Below are positions 59,244 to 64,000 of a stretch of DNA of 64,000 nucleotides, in pieces. The stretch comes from an uncultured virus (IMG/VR IMGVR_UViG_3300033562_000715) (taxonomy: Duplodnaviria > Heunggongvirae > Uroviricota > Caudoviricetes): the IMG/VR virus record IMGVR_UViG_3300033562_000715; one strand, 5' to 3'. Below the pieces are notes generated by a model. The model saw nothing but the letters and a program-made list of their open reading frames with translations, was not told the origin of the DNA and searched no databases. Each line of letters opens with the position of its first letter. Positions within the stretch are counted from its first letter, which is position 1. A program made the translations under genes and the position numbers.

Positions 59244-59954
59244 ATGTATATGAAACAAAGAAAGGTGAGAAACTTAATAGTAGTTGCAGTTATAGGGTTA
59301 TTCGTTTTAATTGTTTCTCTTTTAGCAAAAGCAGCTATAGATAACGCTTATTCATCTGATGACTTTGTGGAGAGCAAAGTAGAGAAACCAGCAAAGACAG
59401 TAGAACCACCGGAAGTAAGAACATCTGACTTTTATACTAAAAAGTTTGATGCTGAGGATGCAGAGGATGATATGGCTCTTTCAACAGATATTTACAATGA
59501 TGAAGGAAATGACACAGACCGAAAGTATTGGATGGGTAAAGAATATGATAAATATAATAAAATAATAAAAGAGGTTGGTAAAGAGTACAAGGATATATTT
59601 AGTACACTTAAAACTATGAAACATATTGATTCAATTAACCCAGGCAGATTTGCAAATGTAGGTTTAGACCCTAATTTAAATGAAGAAGATGTTTTAGCTT
59701 ATGACTATATAAACTTTAATGACAGCTTGACTGCAATTAGTTTTTATGGTGGAACTTATATTCTGTGTGCATACAACTTTCCTGATAACGAGGATAACTT
59801 TTTAATAATGCTTGACTTTACTGACCACGAGTTCTCTGTTTCGGGTGAAAGTATAAAGTATTACTTAAAGGGTGATGTAGGTGTATCTGTAATCACTAGT
59901 ATAGCTACTGTAAAGACTATTGGTGACTGGCGAGTAATGTTTGTAAAAGTATAA
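59244..59954 (+). CDS. N-terminally anchored extracytoplasmic protein
   Basis: Basic N-terminus plus one TM; GAGGAGG RBS. Confidence 0.65.
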   Translation: MYMKQRKVRNLIVVAVIGLFVLIVSLLAKAAIDNAYSSDDFVESKVEKPAKTVEPPEVRTSDFYTKKFDAEDAEDDMALSTDIYNDEGNDTDRKYWMGKEYDKYNKIIKEVGKEYKDIFSTLKTMKHIDSINPGRFANVGLDPNLNEEDVLAYDYINFNDSLTAISFYGGTYILCAYNFPDNEDNFLIMLDFTDHEFSVSGESIKYYLKGDVGVSVITSIATVKTIGDWRVMFVKV

Positions 59955-59966
59955 AGAGGTGAGCAG

Positions 59967-61349
59967 ATGAAGAAGTACAGGGTAATAGGGTTATTCTTAG
60001 CACTGGTTTATTTAGCAGTAATGAGTACATCTGTGAATGCAGCAACTGTAGTTATGGATAATGATGGATTAGCAAAGAGTACTCCTTATGGGGATTCAGG
60101 TATGCCTACTTCTTATAAGGATTTAGATTATTATGACTGCTATTTACCCTATAAAGTAACAATAAGGGAGATAGGTGGGTATGCAGATGGTGTAAGGTCA
60201 TATGTAAATAGTGGAAGTAACTTTTCTATGACTAGTGCACATCCTAATCAATTAGATAAAGCCTTAACTCATACTGTCATGAGAGAGTTTTCAAAGTCGG
60301 GTGATTTGTATAAAGGTTGTAAAGTAACAACTGAAGCAGACACGGGTATGGATATAATAACAGATTCAAATGGTAATCAGTACTATGTAACAGCTATACA
60401 AAATTTCTTTTATAACTTTGGTGGTTTAGCTGTAAAAGAGGGAACTTCTTTTCCAGGGTTTTCTTCAGCAAATAGAGGTCAGCTAGTAGATGTTATGCTA
60501 ACAGACGGTACATGTATACATTTTATTGTTGGTGATGGTAACTCAATAGGTCATACTAATGGTGGACCGTCTACCCTACAAGATGTAACTTATAACTTTT
60601 CAAGTTTAAATATGCCACAGTACAAGAATCTGTTTCAAGCAGCTAACGGTAACTGCTTAGAGGTGTGGGGTAAGAAAGAACCAAATTGTGTAGCTAACTT
60701 CAAAAATAAGTACAATTTAAAAGAAGATGGGGTAAAGATCGCATATTATAGAATGTATAACTCATTTATAAACAATTCACCTATAAGAGCTGACTCAGCA
60801 GGTAGTAATGTGAGTTATAGTATGGGAACATCTAGTATTGGTAATTCTACAGCAAAGGTTGGTTCGAGTGCTTTAGTATCTGAATGGGAATTAGTGGGAA
60901 TGCCTACAATAAGTGAACTTAAGTCTAAACAGTTAGGTATATATTTACCAACTAGAAAGGACTTAACTATTAAAGAAGCTAACTCAGTTGTTTTATTAGG
61001 TAGAAACATTAGTCTCGAGAAGAGTGTAAGTGCTTTAAACACTGCAAGAATATCCGTAGTTTTCTTAGGACTAACTATTGTACTCTATTCAATCTTTATC
61101 TTTGTAGCAATGATTTTTGACTTAATCAATTCATTTATAGACATCAATTTAGTGCACATATTAACCTTTGGTTTAATAAATTATATGCCTAAAGAATTAG
61201 GTTTTGAGGAATCAAAAGGTGTATATACAACAAAGAAGCTTATCTTTTCTAATGCAGTTCTTATAATAGTTGGCATGATTTTGTTATCAGGTGGAGTACT
61301 TCCTATAATGGGTAATATCGTGTTTGGTATTTCTCAGAAATTACTATAA
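59967..61349 (+). CDS. Exported protein sharing the C-terminal anchor of the NlpC/P60 protein; possible cell-wall enzyme
   Basis: Signal peptide (VNA); E..L.GMPT.S, IFD..N.FID..LV.IL..G shared with ORF 29179. Confidence 0.7.
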   Translation: MKKYRVIGLFLALVYLAVMSTSVNAATVVMDNDGLAKSTPYGDSGMPTSYKDLDYYDCYLPYKVTIREIGGYADGVRSYVNSGSNFSMTSAHPNQLDKALTHTVMREFSKSGDLYKGCKVTTEADTGMDIITDSNGNQYYVTAIQNFFYNFGGLAVKEGTSFPGFSSANRGQLVDVMLTDGTCIHFIVGDGNSIGHTNGGPSTLQDVTYNFSSLNMPQYKNLFQAANGNCLEVWGKKEPNCVANFKNKYNLKEDGVKIAYYRMYNSFINNSPIRADSAGSNVSYSMGTSSIGNSTAKVGSSALVSEWELVGMPTISELKSKQLGIYLPTRKDLTIKEANSVVLLGRNISLEKSVSALNTARISVVFLGLTIVLYSIFIFVAMIFDLINSFIDINLVHILTFGLINYMPKELGFEESKGVYTTKKLIFSNAVLIIVGMILLSGGVLPIMGNIVFGISQKLL

Positions 61350-61368
61350 TGAGTAGGAGGTGATATAA

Positions 61369-61842
61369 GTGCATAAAAAGGTAGTAAATTTTTTAATAGT
61401 AAGTGGAGTGGTAATAGGTGCAGCTATATTATTACAACTTCCAAACAGCATAGTAACAAAGAAAGGTAATAGTAGTAGTGTTCCTTTTAAACCTGAAGAG
61501 GGTAAGATTATTCCTACATATAAAGACAATGTAAATAAGCTTTCCTTTGTATCTGCAGAATCATTTGTTAGCACATTTTGGTCACTATTTAAAATAAATG
61601 GTTGTTATTGTTTTTCAAGAGAGCCAGTATTTAGTGAAGATAGCAATGACATAATGGATTCTTATGTAAGCTCAACGGGTAACATAGTTATCTACATGGG
61701 TAAGGACGACTCAGTACAATCAGTTAGGTGTATAAACCTTAGTGAGGAAGATGCAATTAATGTTAGGCTTTTATGTAAGTCTGAGGGTTATTCTTTAAAA
61801 GAGGTAAATAATGGTTTTGTTATTGAATACATTAACCAATAA
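61369..61842 (+). CDS. N-terminally anchored hypothetical protein
   Basis: GTG start after AGGAGG; one TM. Confidence 0.6.
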   Translation: MHKKVVNFLIVSGVVIGAAILLQLPNSIVTKKGNSSSVPFKPEEGKIIPTYKDNVNKLSFVSAESFVSTFWSLFKINGCYCFSREPVFSEDSNDIMDSYVSSTGNIVIYMGKDDSVQSVRCINLSEEDAINVRLLCKSEGYSLKEVNNGFVIEYINQ

Positions 61843-61895
61843 GCTAACTGTAGAAACTTTAGTATTATAGTATATTTTTAAGGAGGTATAAAAGG

Positions 61896-62540
61896 ATGAA
61901 TCAACAAGAGGAAGATTTAAAACTTATGGAATCTGCTAAAAGGTTTCAAGAAGCTTTAGGAAAAAGACCTATTGAGGAACAAATTGCAGTAGGGTTAATT
62001 AGTAAGAATGTATTAAACGGGTGTTCATGGGAGTTTTCAAGACCTAGTAACGAGTTAAGAACAAATATTGAAGCTTTTCAGAAGAGTCAGGTTTGTAGTA
62101 TTCAACCAGTTACTTATAACCATGAAAAAGGTATTTATGGTTACTTAGTGTACATGAAAATGGACCATTTATGCAAACTTTTAAGTCCAGCTAATATGGG
62201 ACCAGTATCAGATGAGGATTTATCTATTGCAAGTCGTCATCGTCAGGAAGCTCAGGCTACCTTAGTTAAGAAGCTGAGAACAGGGTATAAAGGTTTAATT
62301 GGTATCTTCTGCACCAACGATAGCCAGACAGTCACTGTAGATGGTCAGACTTACCCAGCATATGCTATTACTCTTAAAGAGTTATGTGTAATTTGTAAAG
62401 AGTGTGGCTATGGTATTATGATTAAGGGTATTAATCGTAACCCAGATGATGTATTAGCTAGAGAAGATGCCATCATTAAAGCAGCAACAGTTGCTCCAAG
62501 TAGCAATGCATTATTTATTTCAATTGCACCTTTGAGATAG
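61896..62540 (+). CDS. Hypothetical protein
   Basis: AAGGAGG RBS; followed by a terminator. Confidence 0.7.
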   Translation: MNQQEEDLKLMESAKRFQEALGKRPIEEQIAVGLISKNVLNGCSWEFSRPSNELRTNIEAFQKSQVCSIQPVTYNHEKGIYGYLVYMKMDHLCKLLSPANMGPVSDEDLSIASRHRQEAQATLVKKLRTGYKGLIGIFCTNDSQTVTVDGQTYPAYAITLKELCVICKECGYGIMIKGINRNPDDVLAREDAIIKAATVAPSSNALFISIAPLR

Positions 62541-62549
62541 GTAAAGAAT

Positions 62550-62582
62550 ATAAAGGTTTGTGAAAGCAAGCCTTTATTTTTT
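62550..62582 (+). terminator. Rho-independent terminator
   Basis: ataaaggtttg-tgaaag-caagcctttat followed by a T-run. Confidence 0.65.
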
Positions 62583-62655
62583 AGAAAATAACATCTTATT
62601 GTATTAAAGCTAGAGTTTGTATTTAATACAGGCTCTTTTCTTTTATTAAGAACAC

Positions 62656-62684
62656 TTGTAACTAGTTGTAAGATATGCTAAACT
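62656..62684 (+). promoter_or_regulatory. sigmaA promoter with extended -10
   Basis: TTGTAA-17 nt-TAAACT with TG motif. Confidence 0.65.
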
Positions 62685-62705
62685 ATGGTATAGGGGGTAG
62701 ATAAA

Positions 62706-63332
62706 ATGAATACTTTTAGATTATTTGTAAGAAAAATAGGAAGTTCAAAAAGAGAAATTTTAGTAGAGGGTAGCAATAAAGATTGTGTTGTAAAGTTAGC
62801 CAGTATATTACAACAGGGTAGAGAAGATGGTTTTTATACTTATGAATTAATGGACATAATAAGAGAGGATTCAATATTATTTCAAAGATATGTATTGGAT
62901 AAAGAACATGAAGGTAAAGGTTTCTCAGTCTTAAAATTCTTAGGTTGCTTGTCAACACAGTCTGACTTTGGTCGGAGTGGCATGTATAAGATGAATAAGA
63001 TACTAAGAGAAAATAGTAGTTCTTTTACATTAGTGTGTACAGACCATAATGGAGAAAGGGTAACCACTGGTTCAGGTATTTTTGATTGGGTATCAAAGAC
63101 AATCGTTAAGGCTGAAAATACCCCATTTGAGACTCTTGATGCTATGATTGACAACACCTTATTAGCTTTACCAGCTAATATGTGTAGTGAGGTACACAGC
63201 ATAAATATTAAACTGAATGACGATGGTGTATTCAGTGACAGACCTATATACTTTTGGTTTAAAGAACATGGAAATTCTGAGTATGATTTTATTATAGCTA
63301 ACTTTTTAGAAGGGGTTTCGTATGAATTATAA
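62706..63332 (+). CDS. Hypothetical protein
   Basis: 208 aa ORF downstream of the promoter; AGGGGG RBS. Confidence 0.65.
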   Translation: MNTFRLFVRKIGSSKREILVEGSNKDCVVKLASILQQGREDGFYTYELMDIIREDSILFQRYVLDKEHEGKGFSVLKFLGCLSTQSDFGRSGMYKMNKILRENSSSFTLVCTDHNGERVTTGSGIFDWVSKTIVKAENTPFETLDAMIDNTLLALPANMCSEVHSINIKLNDDGVFSDRPIYFWFKEHGNSEYDFIIANFLEGVSYEL

Positions 63333-63840
63333 AAAGTACTTTCCAGTAAGGGAGTATTATAAGAAATATATAATACCCCTAGACTCAAGTAAGTTCAAAG
63401 AAACAAAAGACAAAATGGTCTGCCCATTACATAATGACCATGACCCATCATTGGGTACGGTAAATTCTAAAACAGAGGGTGAAATATGCCACTGCTTTGG
63501 TTGTAACTTTTGGGGTAATATTATAGAATTGCACCAAAGAATAAACCGTAAGTACTATAAGAAGTATCTATCAGATGATGAAGCTAAAAAAGATTTATGT
63601 AGACTATTTAACGTGGATTATGACAAACTACCTATTGAAGATACTTCAAAGGTATTAGATAGGGAAATTCGTCAGGACATGGAACTAAATAAAGCTTTAG
63701 AACGCTTTGATATTGGTGACTTTAATCAATTGATAGTAGAGGGTAAACGTCAGAGAAAGGGTATTGCTTACTTTAATACCTTGATGATGACTATGCTAAG
63801 TGAAGTTAAGGCAACTGAACAAGAAGATAAAGAGGCTTAA
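63322..63840 (+). CDS. Stand-alone CHC2 zinc-finger (DnaG primase Zn-binding domain) protein
   Basis: CPLH.DHDPSL...CHCFGC..GNII; only 172 aa with no TOPRIM domain. Confidence 0.8.
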   Translation: MNYKKYFPVREYYKKYIIPLDSSKFKETKDKMVCPLHNDHDPSLGTVNSKTEGEICHCFGCNFWGNIIELHQRINRKYYKKYLSDDEAKKDLCRLFNVDYDKLPIEDTSKVLDREIRQDMELNKALERFDIGDFNQLIVEGKRQRKGIAYFNTLMMTMLSEVKATEQEDKEA

Positions 63841-64000
63841 ATGGCTAGAACAGTAAAAACAATTAATTTAAATAACGGATGGGGTATTTCTTGTATAACT
63901 TCTGAGATACCTTGGAATGGTGCAAAGACTTATTCTATTGAGGTTTACATGGAAACTGTTCCATGGAATGAAATTGTAGAATCTAGAAAGAACTTGTTAA
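63841..64000 (+). CDS. Hypothetical protein, 3'-truncated by the window edge
   Basis: ATG directly after the upstream stop, GAGG RBS, frame open to the end (MARTVKTINLNNGW...). Confidence 0.5.
   Translation, partial: MARTVKTINLNNGWGISCITSEIPWNGAKTYSIEVYMETVPWNEIVESRKNLL

Noticed and set aside
1960..63388. The minus-strand and alternative-frame ORFs in the track (for example 4052-4330, 17531-17929, 31225-31686, 62882-63388)
   Set aside because: They shadow longer + strand genes that have RBSs and motifs; none shows a recognisable domain.
1..64000. Prophage or jumbo phage assignment
   Set aside because: No terminase, portal, capsid, tail or integrase recognised, and conjugation-type genes dominate. 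It cannot be fully excluded from this window alone.
1..64000. tRNA/rRNA genes and restriction-site avoidance (GATC, CCGG)
   Set aside because: No cloverleaf or rRNA-like segment seen; GATC and CCGG both occur, and depletion cannot be judged without counting.

Overview
AT-rich, gene-dense 64 kb segment with essentially every real gene on the + strand and Bacillota (Clostridia/Lachnospiraceae-like) RBS and sigmaA promoter signals. I see no rRNA, tRNA, CRISPR array, core metabolic operon or phage virion gene. The content fits a large conjugative, megaplasmid-like element with its own replication machinery; this assignment is inference. From start to end: (i) DnaX clamp-loader subunit and a tandem HU-like protein; (ii) a ~24 kb Gram-positive T4SS-like transfer region (three paralogous pilin-like membrane proteins, a giant multi-TM protein, VirB4-like ATPase, NTF2/VirB8-like protein, FtsK/TcpA-like ATPase, SpoVG-like protein, SNF2-like helicase, NlpC/P60 hydrolase); (iii) three Zn-finger paralogs plus a PLP fold-II enzyme; (iv) a Tad/Flp-like pilus locus (CpaF, fused TadB-TadC, six pilin-like proteins without a canonical leader, three of them missed by the ORF track); (v) an accessory block of small paralogous genes with a HipA/CtkA-like kinase and partner; (vi) a degenerate DnaC-like protein, type IIA topoisomerase B and A subunits, DnaB-like helicase and a stand-alone CHC2 primase zinc finger. 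An apparently intact non-autonomous IscB/omegaRNA (OMEGA) element and a SpoIIID-like gene lie between the two topoisomerase genes. All family calls come from motif recognition by eye; no database search was run.
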